From the NCBI GenBank assembly GCA_003056285.1, contig NDWU01000003.1, positions 5,522 through 69,521 on the forward strand: a stretch of 64,000 bases of DNA. The letters run 5' to 3'. Shown piece after piece: positions 54,270 to 63,900 of this stretch. Within the stretch, counting starts at the first letter, position 1. The number at the start of each line of letters is the position of its first letter. Position numbers and translations under genes: made by a program. The notes under the pieces are model-generated. The model was given only the letters and a program-made list of their open reading frames with translations. It made no database searches and was not told where the DNA came from. The stretch is from Candidatus Terraquivivens tikiterensis. Lineage in GTDB: Archaea; Thermoproteota; Nitrososphaeria_A; Caldarchaeales; Wolframiiraptoraceae.

Positions 54270-54798
54270 TTGACATCCTGCGGCTCAGGCCGGTAGGTTT
54301 TTGTCTCTAAGGCTTTCACCGCCTGGCCGTTCGTGGCAATTCTACGCTTCCCATCCAGTCCAACCTTACAAGAAAGGCTCCGGTCTACGTAGACCTTGGT
54401 CATCGCAGGCCTTATACCCTATGGTTTATAGGAGGCCGGCACCGCCTCCGGCCCTTTCTGTCCAAAACGCCACATTCCTTTCTAGCCAAGGACCATCCGT
54501 ATGGGGAAAGTCATCACATACTATTTGTCCGCGCTTCTTACGACAGAATTAAGGCCTCATGTCTATTCTGAAAATGCTGAATACGGTGCGCCACACCCGT
54601 TATCCCTGTCCTATACGGTACTTAGGATTGTTTTAATTTCCAGAACATCCGCCCAGTCTTGGCCGGAGGTTTATTCGGCCTTTGGCAACATAAGCCACGC
54701 TCGAGCGGTCCGTCCAGAAAATTTAAAAGCTAGGTTCGTGTTTTTGCTTACGGCGATCTATCCTCACCTAAAGGACCTGGACCTTCTCGCCGATTAGG
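54270..54798 (-). mobile_element. IS200/IS605-derived MITE, long copy C (about 529 nt) in the dnaK-dnaJ spacer
   Basis: Plus strand starts TTGACATCCTGCGGCTCAGGCCGG and ends GGACCTTCTCGCCGATTAGG. Internal GGCCGGAGGTTTATTCGGCCTTTGG matches copies A and D. Confidence 0.6.
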
Positions 54799-54833
54799 TT
54801 GATATATATCAGTTGCTTACATTCTTAGACAGA

Positions 54834-55943
54834 ATGTCAAACGTAGGAAAGAAAGACTACTATGAGATACTGGGCGTTCCAAGGAACGCGACGAAGGAGG
54901 AAATAAAGAGGGCATATAGAAGGCTAGCGCTACAATACCATCCCGATAGGAACAAGTCGCCCGACGCTGAAGAGAAGTTCAAAGAGATAAGCGAAGCGTA
55001 TGCTGTCCTATCGGACGACGAGAAGCGAAGGATATACGACATGTACGGACACGAAGGCCTAAGCGGCGCTTACACGCACGAGGACATATTCAGGACGAGC
55101 ACTTTCGACTTCGACGAGATATTCAGGGACCTTGGTTTTGACCTTGACTCTATATTCGAGAGGTTCTTCGGGGTCAGGAGGGGTCCACCGAAAGGAAGGG
55201 ACGTTATCATGAATTTAGAAATCACGCTAGAGGAGGCCTTCAACGGTGCGGAGAAGCTCGTGAGCGTACCGGTATCAGAGGTTTGTAGCGCTTGCGGCGG
55301 ATCAGGGGCCGCGCCCGGCGGCCTCAAGGTCTGCAGGGCATGCGGCGGTACTGGCCAGAAAGTCGACAGGAGGCAGACACCGTTTGGCTTCTTCACCTCG
55401 GTTACAACGTGCCCGGCATGCGGAGGTTCTGGAAAGTTTATCGAGAAGAAATGTCCGACGTGCAAGGGCTCTGGCTACGTTAGTACCGTAAAGAACATAT
55501 CCGTAAGGGTGCCGAGGGGAGCTGACGACGATCTGGTTCTAAGGGTTCCGGGGATGGGCGAGAGGTACTCAGGAGGTCAGCCCGGAGACCTGCTGCTCGT
55601 CGTGAAGCTTAAGCCCCATAAGGTCTTCACGCGGAAAGGCGATGACCTTTACATGGACCTTCCCGTATCCGTATCCGAGCTGGTCCTGGGCACAAAAGTT
55701 ACGGTACCTACGCTTGACGGTAAGGTAGATGTAAGCATACCGGGCGGAACACCACCGGGACATATCATCACGATAAAGGGGAGGGGGATGCCCAGCATGA
55801 AGGGCGGTAGGGGGGACCTAAGGATAAGGCTCAAGGTGGTCATGCCGAAAAAACTTTCTCATGAGCATAAGAGACTGTACGAGCAGCTGTATTCGTTGGA
55901 GAGGTACCTCGTAGAGGAAGAGAGGAGGGCGCTCAGGGATTAA
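54834..55943 (+). CDS. dnaJ: molecular chaperone DnaJ (Hsp40, type I)
   Basis: KDYYEILGV...HPD J domain and four CxxCxGxG zinc-finger repeats ([32 protein letters not shown]). Confidence 0.95.
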   Translation: MSNVGKKDYYEILGVPRNATKEEIKRAYRRLALQYHPDRNKSPDAEEKFKEISEAYAVLSDDEKRRIYDMYGHEGLSGAYTHEDIFRTSTFDFDEIFRDLGFDLDSIFERFFGVRRGPPKGRDVIMNLEITLEEAFNGAEKLVSVPVSEVCSACGGSGAAPGGLKVCRACGGTGQKVDRRQTPFGFFTSVTTCPACGGSGKFIEKKCPTCKGSGYVSTVKNISVRVPRGADDDLVLRVPGMGERYSGGQPGDLLLVVKLKPHKVFTRKGDDLYMDLPVSVSELVLGTKVTVPTLDGKVDVSIPGGTPPGHIITIKGRGMPSMKGGRGDLRIRLKVVMPKKLSHEHKRLYEQLYSLERYLVEEERRALRD

Positions 55944-56353
55944 GCTATATCCGAGATGTACATGAGGGGATAATTTCCTAGGGTTTTTATGCTCTTCATG
56001 CACGCTATAACCCTTGCCCTACCGTATCTGACATAGATCTCTACCTCCATCATACTTGGGCTCAGTATCCCATAATCGAATTGGTGATGCTTTCGGCCGC
56101 TTAAGCCTTTTGGCCTTATCCTTACCCTTGCGCCTTTCTTGTACGGCTGGAGCTTTACCGCATCCTCGATCACTTTTTCGAGCCTTCTGAGGCTTTGGAG
56201 ATTACCCGTTATCGGTATGCCCATGAACTGATGGGCTACTGCGCCGAGGGCTATGCCTGCCTCGAATGCTGCCCTCTCCCTATCTGTCAGGTCTTTTGCG
56301 AAAAACCTCTCAGCTATCCGTTCTATCCTGCCAGCCTCGCATGTTCTTTGCAT
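55940..56353 (-). CDS. mptD: archaeal dihydroneopterin aldolase family protein (MptD-like)
   Basis: [26 protein letters not shown]...YPLMYISDI resembles the archaeal DHNA/MptD family as I recall it. Confidence 0.6.
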   Translation of the reverse strand: MQRTCEAGRIERIAERFFAKDLTDRERAAFEAGIALGAVAHQFMGIPITGNLQSLRRLEKVIEDAVKLQPYKKGARVRIRPKGLSGRKHHQFDYGILSPSMMEVEIYVRYGRARVIACMKSIKTLGNYPLMYISDIA

Positions 56354-56359
56354 ACAGGC

Positions 56360-57454
56360 TCACACCTTCCCTAGATACTTCTCTTTTACTTTTCCAATGT
56401 ATATGTAATCTAAAACCGTTCCATAGGAGCGACGTATCCCCATGTGTTCTACGAGCTCGCTCATCCTACCGCCAGCTAAGCCATCGGCTATGAGCGCAGC
56501 TCCCTGTGCCGCCTCCTTCACGCTTTTCGCAAAACCCTGCACCCTGTCTACGGGTGCTATAGCCGAAAGCCTTCTCTCGAGCTCTTCGTATATGCCCTGG
56601 ACCCTGCTAAGCCTTCCCGATAGCATTATGGCTTGCGGGCTTCTTACAACAGCCCTCAGGGACCAGACGCATTTCTCGATGCCCTCCATGAAAGCCTCCC
56701 ATGCGAGCGCTGCCCTTCTGTCCCTTTTTGCCCTATCAGGAAAATCCTCCGGCATCATAGAGTCGTCGCCGACGAAAGACCTTACGCCCCCGCTAAACAG
56801 GTCTGCTTTGCTTATGCTACCGGCCAAGTACGCAACCTCCCCATCCCATGCACCGGATGTCAAGAAGCCAGGACCGGCCTTCGTGCCGCCTATCCCATCA
56901 ACTACCCTTCCAGACTCTATCGCCATTATGGCGTTGTAACCGAAGCCGACCTCAACGAGTATAAACGTACACTCTTCGTATGGTACCTTGTATCTAGATG
57001 CGTAATCGTGTATGGCGAGGGCTGCGCAGCAGAGTTTATCGGCGGTTCCCATATCGACTGCGTTAAGCTTCCTATGCTCCGGAACCGTTGGAAGGTGTAT
57101 GACGCCCGGCAAGAAGTAAATCTTTGCTGCATAACTTTTTAGGCGCCTCACGGCCTCAGCTAGCCCTACGAGGACAGGTATCTTTACGTCTTCCTTCCTG
57201 ACGAGGACCATGAGGGAGATGTGCTCCTCCGTTATATCTTCCAGGCTAACGAGCGGCAGGCCATAGCCCGATGGGCCTGCAACCAAATCGAGGGGCTCGG
57301 CCTCTCTAAGCACGTCGAGCAGCGTATCAGGCCTGTTGGCTATCACCTCAGATGGTATTGACTTCTCGTAGAAAACTTTGAGGTCTTCTAGGCCGCAGAC
57401 GTCAAAGCTTTTCGTCCCAGGGTCTACGCCAACAACCCTTACCAGACATATCAC
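56360..57454 (-). CDS. DUF1464-family ASKHA-fold protein (predicted kinase/ATPase)
   Basis: VVGVDPGTKSFDVCG phosphate-1-like start, 364 aa, sugar-kinase/Hsp70/actin-like pattern. Confidence 0.6.
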   Translation of the reverse strand: MICLVRVVGVDPGTKSFDVCGLEDLKVFYEKSIPSEVIANRPDTLLDVLREAEPLDLVAGPSGYGLPLVSLEDITEEHISLMVLVRKEDVKIPVLVGLAEAVRRLKSYAAKIYFLPGVIHLPTVPEHRKLNAVDMGTADKLCCAALAIHDYASRYKVPYEECTFILVEVGFGYNAIMAIESGRVVDGIGGTKAGPGFLTSGAWDGEVAYLAGSISKADLFSGGVRSFVGDDSMMPEDFPDRAKRDRRAALAWEAFMEGIEKCVWSLRAVVRSPQAIMLSGRLSRVQGIYEELERRLSAIAPVDRVQGFAKSVKEAAQGAALIADGLAGGRMSELVEHMGIRRSYGTVLDYIYIGKVKEKYLGKV

Positions 57455-58173
57455 CCCATCAGGGCATCCCTAAGCTGGATTAGGTCTTTAAACCTATAGT
57501 CGTACTCGAATCGGACGCTTTCGCCGAGCCCCTTCCTATCGATCCATGCAACGCATAGGCCAAGAGACTTTGCGGGCATTATGTCGTAGTCAGGACTGAA
57601 GGATACGTGTAGTACCCTGTCTTTCTCTAGGCCGAGCTTATTTATTACATACTCGAATACCTTCTTCGATGGTTTGTAGGCACGCACATCCTCGGCAGTT
57701 ACAACGTAATCAAAATCTACGCCCATCAACCTTATAGATTCAGCTATGATGTCGTTGTCTGTGTTGGACACGATCCCGAGCTTATACCTCTTCTTCAAGC
57801 TTTTCAACGCAGGCTCAACTTCTGGAAAAGGCCTCCATGACCTGATCGAGGATACGAATTCTTCGCCGTCGATCTCGGAGTAATCCATGCCAAAGCCCTC
57901 CATTACCCGTCTCAGGCTGGCCTTCAGGACCTCCCTGTAAGGCCTGTACGGTCCCTGGACCTGCCTAAGGTCTTCTTCAAGCCATCTGTATAAAAAATCC
58001 TCTACCTTGACGTTCTTTCTCTTTCTCGAAATGATTCTGCTGAAGAACTCTCTTGCACCGCTTTCCCAGTCTATAAGCGTGCCGTAACAATCGAACGTTA
58101 TGGTCTCGAACATGTGCATGTACGGTTGGAATGGCCTTAAGTTTAAATGTTTATCGCTAAGAGGTTCTCTCAA
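57451..58173 (-). CDS. HAD-superfamily hydrolase, haloacid dehalogenase type II-like
   Basis: ITFDCYGTLIDWE motif I, VSNTD motif II. The start is more likely MHMFET at 58119. Confidence 0.8.
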   Translation of the reverse strand: MREPLSDKHLNLRPFQPYMHMFETITFDCYGTLIDWESGAREFFSRIISRKRKNVKVEDFLYRWLEEDLRQVQGPYRPYREVLKASLRRVMEGFGMDYSEIDGEEFVSSIRSWRPFPEVEPALKSLKKRYKLGIVSNTDNDIIAESIRLMGVDFDYVVTAEDVRAYKPSKKVFEYVINKLGLEKDRVLHVSFSPDYDIMPAKSLGLCVAWIDRKGLGESVRFEYDYRFKDLIQLRDALMG

Positions 58174-58323
58174 ATTCGTTCTGCTTAGCTCCTAATTTTT
58201 GTCCCGCGCTTACCCACGTACCTTCTAGCGGAGTTGGTGAGAGGTTGAGCCGTAAGACTCTTTTGGATATTTTGAGGCGAAGAGAGTAGCCACCGAGTTT
58301 CCCACGCATGCCTGAAAAGGTCC

Positions 58324-58442
58324 TTGACACTCCACGGCCGAAGCCATGGGATTCTCGTACACAGCCCCTCAGCGCTCTGAAGCACATCTGCGGCAGCGTT
58401 CATCCCATCACTAAAGGGCGTGGGGCTTTCTCGCAGAATTTG
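58324..58442 (-). mobile_element. IS200/IS605-derived MITE, copy G (119 nt)
   Basis: Reverse strand TCAC|CAAATTCTGCGAGAAAGCCCCACGCCCTTTAGTGATGGGATGAAC...GAGAATCCCATGGCTTCGGCCGTGGAGTGTCAA|G. It retains a TnpB C-terminus-like reading DGMNAAADVLQ. Confidence 0.7.
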
Positions 58443-58627
58443 GTGAAGCCACTCTGGTCCGATACGGCCAAGCCTGACGGTCCAGCACCAGCGAGCAAGA
58501 ATAGAACGGGCACGGTACCTCTTCACAAAGAAGTTCAAAGAACTCGATAGGGAAGGTTTATTTTGATGCACCTATAAAGTGTGGACAAAAGACGAGTTGA
58601 GCAGTATTGCCAAAGCTATTGAAGCCG

Positions 58628-59995
58628 ATGGCTTACATCGGAATAGTCCTGCTCGCAGGAGCCCTTTCTTCGACGTTTGGGATGTCAAGGTCTCAATCTA
58701 TATCGTTAATTGTCTTCTCTGGCATAATCGCGGGTGTGCTGTTTTATTGGAGGATGAGGATGGCTTTTGCATTGGCAGGGCTAAGCGTGCTTTTGGCTAC
58801 TGGCGTGATAGACCTGCCACACTTCCTCGAGTTCGCCAGCTTAGATATAATCGTCTTTCTAATCGGGATGATGGTCGTCATAGGGTTCCTTGAAGAGAGA
58901 CGATTCTTTGAGGTGCTGCTTGAGCGTATCATGGGTTTTGCCAAAGGGAGCGCGATAAGGGCAACATCTTTACTCATGCTCATGGCGGCATTCGCCGCGG
59001 CCCTCGTCGATGAGGTAACGTCTATCTTATTCATAATGACAACGGCAATCCATCTAGTAGCGCAGCTTAATCTTTCGATAGTTCCTCTGATGATGATGTT
59101 GGTTTTTGCAACGAACATAGGTAGTAGCGCAACGGTAGTCGGGAACCCCGTCGGCGTTATGATAGCGATGAAGGCGAAGCTTACATTCGCCGACTTCATA
59201 AGGTGGGCAACACCCATCGCGTTAGTGGGTCTGGGCCTTTGCATACTTTTGTCCTTTGCCTACTTCAAAGGCTACATAAAGAGCATGAACGACGCAATGG
59301 TTAATACACGACAGCAAGCGGCCGACGTTCAGAATAGCGCCAAGGCAAAGTTTGACATAATTTCCGCCCTCCTATTCGTAGGAACTTTATTGGGCTTGAT
59401 CATGCATAGCCAGATAGAGAGGTATCTTAACTTAGAAAAGAACACAATGCTCATAGGCGTTGCGGTAATATCGGCAGCGGTTGCGCTTTTACTCACGGGA
59501 GATAAGGCGAGGGAGCTTGTTGAGAGACGAGTAGACTGGTGGACGCTGATATTTTTCCTCGTATTCTTTTCATCCGTCGGTACGCTTAAGTATACTGGCG
59601 TTACGACACAGATATCTAAAGCTTTATTACAACTTACGGGCGGGGATCAGCTGATAACGTTCCTCCTGTTCAGCTCGGTTGTTGGCATTCTATCGCCTTT
59701 AATGGACAACGTCCTGGCTGTGGCTACCTTTATCCCGATAGCCTCCGACATCGGTAGCGCCGGCATTAACGTTTTTCCGATTTGGTGGGGAATGCTGTTC
59801 GGCGCTACTTTTATGGGAAACCTGACGATGATCGGGAGCACCGCCAACATAGTGGCGGTGGGCATGGTCGAGAGGCAGAGGCTCGGCCACGTTACCATGC
59901 GCGAATGGATAGTACCCGGCGCTATCGTATCGTTCGCGACGTTCTCTGCAGCCCTCCTGTTGCTATACATCCAGCTATCCCTTATGCCCGGCTAA
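58628..59995 (+). CDS. ArsB/NhaD-superfamily anion permease (citrate-transporter-like)
   Basis: About 455 aa, 11-12 TM helices, two homologous halves separated by a hydrophilic loop. ATG at 58628. Confidence 0.75.
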   Translation: MAYIGIVLLAGALSSTFGMSRSQSISLIVFSGIIAGVLFYWRMRMAFALAGLSVLLATGVIDLPHFLEFASLDIIVFLIGMMVVIGFLEERRFFEVLLERIMGFAKGSAIRATSLLMLMAAFAAALVDEVTSILFIMTTAIHLVAQLNLSIVPLMMMLVFATNIGSSATVVGNPVGVMIAMKAKLTFADFIRWATPIALVGLGLCILLSFAYFKGYIKSMNDAMVNTRQQAADVQNSAKAKFDIISALLFVGTLLGLIMHSQIERYLNLEKNTMLIGVAVISAAVALLLTGDKARELVERRVDWWTLIFFLVFFSSVGTLKYTGVTTQISKALLQLTGGDQLITFLLFSSVVGILSPLMDNVLAVATFIPIASDIGSAGINVFPIWWGMLFGATFMGNLTMIGSTANIVAVGMVERQRLGHVTMREWIVPGAIVSFATFSAALLLLYIQLSLMPG

Positions 59996-60228
59996 TCTGG
60001 CCTCGGCTTAGATACTACGAATAGCTTCTCACCATCTGTATCAACCCATACCTCATGGCCTAGCCTTAGCAGCAGCTTGAACACGCTGGCCCACGGAAAC
60101 GTTATATGGTTGGTGACCTCTATTCGGTAGCCACCATACTCCTCTGCTACTTCGCCACAATCTCCTACGATGTCCTTCAAGGCCGCTAGCGGGTCGATGC
60201 ATCTTCTATTATTCTTTCTATCGCCCAA
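59992..60228 (-). CDS. hypothetical small protein
   Basis: 78-aa ORF with balanced composition. No motif recognised. Confidence 0.3.
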   Translation of the reverse strand: MGDRKNNRRCIDPLAALKDIVGDCGEVAEEYGGYRIEVTNHITFPWASVFKLLLRLGHEVWVDTDGEKLFVVSKPRPD

Positions 60229-60230
60229 CG

Positions 60231-60647
60231 TTAACCTCTACCCAAGATGGCATAGTCATTGCTTTTTAATTTTACGAGTATATAAAGTCGATTTCTGGAT
60301 GAAAAACAAAAATTTTCCCGAATATTTAGGCGTGAGCCGCCCACGTCTATAAGCCCGTTGGCTTCCTGCTTAAGCGACGGGGTTTGGGTATTTTCTACCA
60401 GTAGGATCCGTCTCGGCAGGCGGATGAAGGTTACTCCAATCCTAGAGCTCGAGCCTGCTCGGAATACTCTCGTTTCCGTACTTGGCCAAGAAGTAGTCGT
60501 AGGCATGCCTATCTCCAGAGTTTTTCTGACGCTCTTGTTTTGGTAGAGCTTGTAGTTCAGCTTGAGTTTCTCGACAAGCATTGTCCTAAGGGCCTTGAGC
60601 CTCCTTAGCTTCCTTCCGGGCCTGAGCGCTCGTGCGCCCTTCTGCAT
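60231..60647 (-). pseudogene. possible TnpB central-region remnant (frameshifted)
   Basis: GRKLRRLKALRTMLVEKLKLNYKLYQNKSVRK, then in other frames RHAYDYFLAKYGNE and ILLVEN, reminiscent of the Arg-rich linker, HK..S..IV and I.vEdL segments of archaeal OrfB. Confidence 0.3.
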
Positions 60648-60751
60648 ATAAAAGAAAGGGTGCGGGATTTTTTGCTCAGAATGTTAATTTAGCAGCAACC
60701 TCCATCTGTTCGAATAAGCTAAGCATTCTTAAGCTTAGGCCCTGAGCGGTC

Positions 60752-61525
60752 GTGACCGGTTTGGTTAGAAGGAGCGTCGCGGTAGTCATACCGACGTACA
60801 ATGAGGCGGAAAACATAGGCAGGGTCCTGGAGTCGACCTTTGAAACCTTCTCGAGTAGCAAAATAGACGGATGGGTAATCGTGGTCGACGATAACAGCCC
60901 AGACGGTACGGCGGATATAGCCGGATCCCTCAAGGAGAGGCACGACAAAATCATAGTCATAAAAAGACCCAAAAAGCTAGGGCTTGGCTCCGCCTATAGG
61001 GATGGGATCACGTTGGCTCTGGAAAAGCTTAACGTTGAGTATGTGGCGGAGATGGATGCGGATGGATCGCATCCACCCGAGAGGTTACCTTTCATGCTTG
61101 ACTTTCTGATAAAAAGCGGTGCAGACTGCGTCGTAGCATCGAGGTACGTGGAAGGCGGAGGTTGGGGATGGGAGTCTTCCATTAGGACTTTAGTAAGCAG
61201 GGGTGCCAACCTGCTGGCTAGGCTGGCGACGGGTATTAAGTTAAAGGACATGACGTCCGGCTATAGGTTGTACAGGGCTGATGCACTAAATCGTATAAAG
61301 CTTGATCGCTTGGACCCTGGCTACGTTTTTCAAGTCCAGATAATTTACGAGTTGGTAAAGAAAGGATTTAGGGTCGTAGAATACCCGTTCGTCTTCATGC
61401 CAAGGCTTGGAGGAAAGTCCAAGCTTGGCAAGGCTGAGTTCTGGAGGTTTTTCAAGTGGTGCATTAAAACCCTCATGGTTAGGTTATTCAGGACAGATAT
61501 GGGGATCAACGTTATAACGAAGTAG
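60752..61525 (+). CDS. dolichyl/polyprenyl-phosphate mannosyltransferase-like GT2 (Dpm1 family)
   Basis: VVIPTYNEAENI, VVDDNSPDGT, EMDADGSHPP; 257 aa, GTG start. Confidence 0.85.
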   Translation: MTGLVRRSVAVVIPTYNEAENIGRVLESTFETFSSSKIDGWVIVVDDNSPDGTADIAGSLKERHDKIIVIKRPKKLGLGSAYRDGITLALEKLNVEYVAEMDADGSHPPERLPFMLDFLIKSGADCVVASRYVEGGGWGWESSIRTLVSRGANLLARLATGIKLKDMTSGYRLYRADALNRIKLDRLDPGYVFQVQIIYELVKKGFRVVEYPFVFMPRLGGKSKLGKAEFWRFFKWCIKTLMVRLFRTDMGINVITK

Positions 61526-61551
61526 GTAGGACACCAAATGGTTGACACGGT

Positions 61552-62520
61552 TTGTCGAAGAGGCTTAAAGATATTGGCGAGAAAAGCATAGTTGAACGGA
61601 TACTATCTAGGATAACCTTGACTCCACGGCATATACTTCCGAAGGGTGATGATGCCATAGCGTTTGAGTTTTCTGGAAAGCTCGTCGTCTCCACGGACAT
61701 GTTGGTAGAATCGACTGACGTTCCGCCAAGCATGGATATGGAGAGCGTTGGCTGGAAGGCTCTTACAATGGTAGTGAGCGACCTTGCAGCTAAGGGCGCG
61801 ACGCCCATCGCATACCTAATTTCGCTCGGCCTACCAAGAGACATGCGCCTCGAGGATTTTGATGCGTTATGGAATGGTTTAGAAAGCGCTGCGCGTCATT
61901 ATGGCGGTACAATAGCCGGTGGCGATACCAACGAGGCCAAAGAGATAATCGTATCCTGCACGGGCGTGGGCTCGGCCGAAAGGGTTGTGCCAAGGGGCGG
62001 CGCGCGCGTCGGAGACATCTTGGCGACGACCGGTCTCTTTGGCCGCTCGGCAGCCGGCCTATACGCTCTGCTGAAAGGTGCTGAAGGCTTGGATGAATCG
62101 TTGAGGCGTGCGGTTTTGAGGCCGATGGCTAGGCTTAGAGAGGGGAGGGTTTTGGCGAAGTATGCGACCTCGTGCATAGATTCTAGCGATGGGCTGGCCG
62201 CATCCCTTTACGAACTGGCCAAGCAGAGCGGCGTTGGTTTTGAGGTGACCGCACCCCCTGTCGACGGTATGGCCAGAAAGCTTGCCGAGGAGTGCGGGTT
62301 AGACATATTCAAGCTGGTATTCTATGGCGGCGAAGAGTATGAGCTGGTGTTTACCGTCGGCCGTGAAGACCTAGAAGCTGTAAAGAATGCGCTAAACCAT
62401 GTTGACGGGGAGTTGATAGAGATCGGCAGGGTGGTTCATACGTCGGAGGGCATAACCACCATCTGGGAAGGAAAACGCATACCGATAGAGTATAAGGGTT
62501 GGGACCACTTTAGGATGTGA
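61552..62520 (+). CDS. thiL: thiamine-monophosphate kinase
   Basis: GDDAIAF...VVSTDMLVESTD, AKGATPIAYLISL, GGDTN, YGGEEYELVFTV. TTG start (in-frame TGA just upstream). Confidence 0.85.
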   Translation: MSKRLKDIGEKSIVERILSRITLTPRHILPKGDDAIAFEFSGKLVVSTDMLVESTDVPPSMDMESVGWKALTMVVSDLAAKGATPIAYLISLGLPRDMRLEDFDALWNGLESAARHYGGTIAGGDTNEAKEIIVSCTGVGSAERVVPRGGARVGDILATTGLFGRSAAGLYALLKGAEGLDESLRRAVLRPMARLREGRVLAKYATSCIDSSDGLAASLYELAKQSGVGFEVTAPPVDGMARKLAEECGLDIFKLVFYGGEEYELVFTVGREDLEAVKNALNHVDGELIEIGRVVHTSEGITTIWEGKRIPIEYKGWDHFRM

Positions 62521-63049
62521 GCTTCTTCAGCAACAATATGCCCGCGACGGTCTTAGCGTCCTCTATCTCACCACCTACGATCATATCTATGGCGTCGTCA
62601 ATTTTTAGAATTACGACCTTTATTTTTTCGTCAGGCTCGAGCTTCTGACCTACCGTCTTGAGGTCAGAGGCAACGTAAAGATGAACAATCTCCGTGCTGT
62701 AGCCTGGTGCCAAATAGAGCGTCGTTACCTTTTCCATCCTACCCGCGACAAAACCTGTCTCTTCCTCAAGCTCCCTGTATGCGCACATTTCGGGGTCCTC
62801 TCCGGCCTCTATCGTTCCAGCGGGCAACTCTAAAAGAACCTTTCCAACCGCATGCCTGTACTGCCTAACCAAGACGATCGTCTCCTTATCCAGCAGCGGT
62901 ATTATGACCACGGCGCCTGGGTGCTCGACTATCTCCCTGACGGTAGATTTGCCCCACGATGTCAACACCTTATCAACCCTTACATTAAACAGCCTACCCT
63001 TGTACACGAATTTGCTCTCTACGACCTTCTCGTGGGCTTCGTCGCTCAT
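62510..63049 (-). CDS. NUDIX hydrolase (ADP-ribose pyrophosphatase-like)
   Basis: Nudix box GTIEAGEDPEMCAYRELEEETGF. Confidence 0.85.
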   Translation of the reverse strand: MSDEAHEKVVESKFVYKGRLFNVRVDKVLTSWGKSTVREIVEHPGAVVIIPLLDKETIVLVRQYRHAVGKVLLELPAGTIEAGEDPEMCAYRELEEETGFVAGRMEKVTTLYLAPGYSTEIVHLYVASDLKTVGQKLEPDEKIKVVILKIDDAIDMIVGGEIEDAKTVAGILLLKKLTS

Positions 63050-63438
63050 GCGCCCTCACGAAGCTTCGTGAGCTTCACGAGCATCCCGCTCTTTACTTTC
63101 TTGAGAACTTCGATACCCTCGACGACCTTGCCTACGGGATTGCATGGACTGTACGCCCGTGGCTCACCCGACTCGCTTACGGGCGTAGGGCCAAAGAATA
63201 TCGCTATGGCCCTTCCCGGCGGCCAGTAGGCCAACTCCCCAACTTCCATTACGGTCTTCGTATTCTCTTCGCCGACGGATACTGGTATCTCAAAGTACAC
63301 CTCATCCCCCCACCTCATCGCCGTGGATTCCAAGGGCAAACTCTTTAGGATAGCGGCGACGGTTTTTGGATTCAGCGACTCGACAAGCTCAGCCTTAACG
63401 CTACCGAGCCCTTTGAACTCGAGTAAGACAGGAACCAT
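63046..63438 (-). CDS. cyclophilin-like fold protein (uncharacterised family)
   Basis: 130 aa. NPKTVAAILKSLPLESTAMRWGDEVYF...GELAYWPPGRAIAIFFG is typical of the small cyclophilin-like family. Confidence 0.65.
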   Translation of the reverse strand: MVPVLLEFKGLGSVKAELVESLNPKTVAAILKSLPLESTAMRWGDEVYFEIPVSVGEENTKTVMEVGELAYWPPGRAIAIFFGPTPVSESGEPRAYSPCNPVGKVVEGIEVLKKVKSGMLVKLTKLREGA

Positions 63439-63729
63439 GGGGCCCGCTTATAAAACCAAAAGGACAATATATACATCTTTATTCTGGATCCGGTCTACGT
63501 CGCCATGCGCCACGTACCGTCCTCCAACACATTAGCTCGACCCATCCTCTGCTCCCGAACGTTTCCAGCCGAGGCTTCCTACGATGAAAAACCCTTCCCA
63601 TCATGAGCCGCAGGCTGGAGCGCTCTCATAAAAAGCCAACTATCCGGCGACGGTACTCGTTTAAGCTTATATAACATCATCCCAGGTCCGGATAAGTTTA
63701 TAATTGAGGTATTTAAAGCACCAGAATTG

Positions 63730-63840
63730 GGGCCCGTAGCTCAGCCAGGTAGGGGATTCCGCCTAGAGCGGTGGGCTCTTAGGTTTGCTTAAAACGGAGT
63801 AACCCATAGGCCGTGGGTTCGAATCCCACCGGGCCCGCCA
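63730..63840 (+). tRNA. tRNA-Lys(CTT) with two introns (D-loop and canonical 37/38) and encoded CCA
   Basis: Acceptor GGGCCCG/CGGGCCC, D arm GCTC-AGCCAGGTAG[GGGATTCCGCCTAG]AGC, anticodon stem GTGGG/CCCAT with loop CTCTTA[GGTTTGCTTAAAACGGAGTA]A, T arm GTGGG-TTCGAAT-CCCAC, then G and CCA. Introns at about 63753-63766 and 63782-63801. Confidence 0.85.
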
Positions 63841-63900
63841 ACCATCCTTCCTAAAGCGAAGTAACGTTAAAAAGGAATAAAGAGGCGGGAGTCGGGCGGC

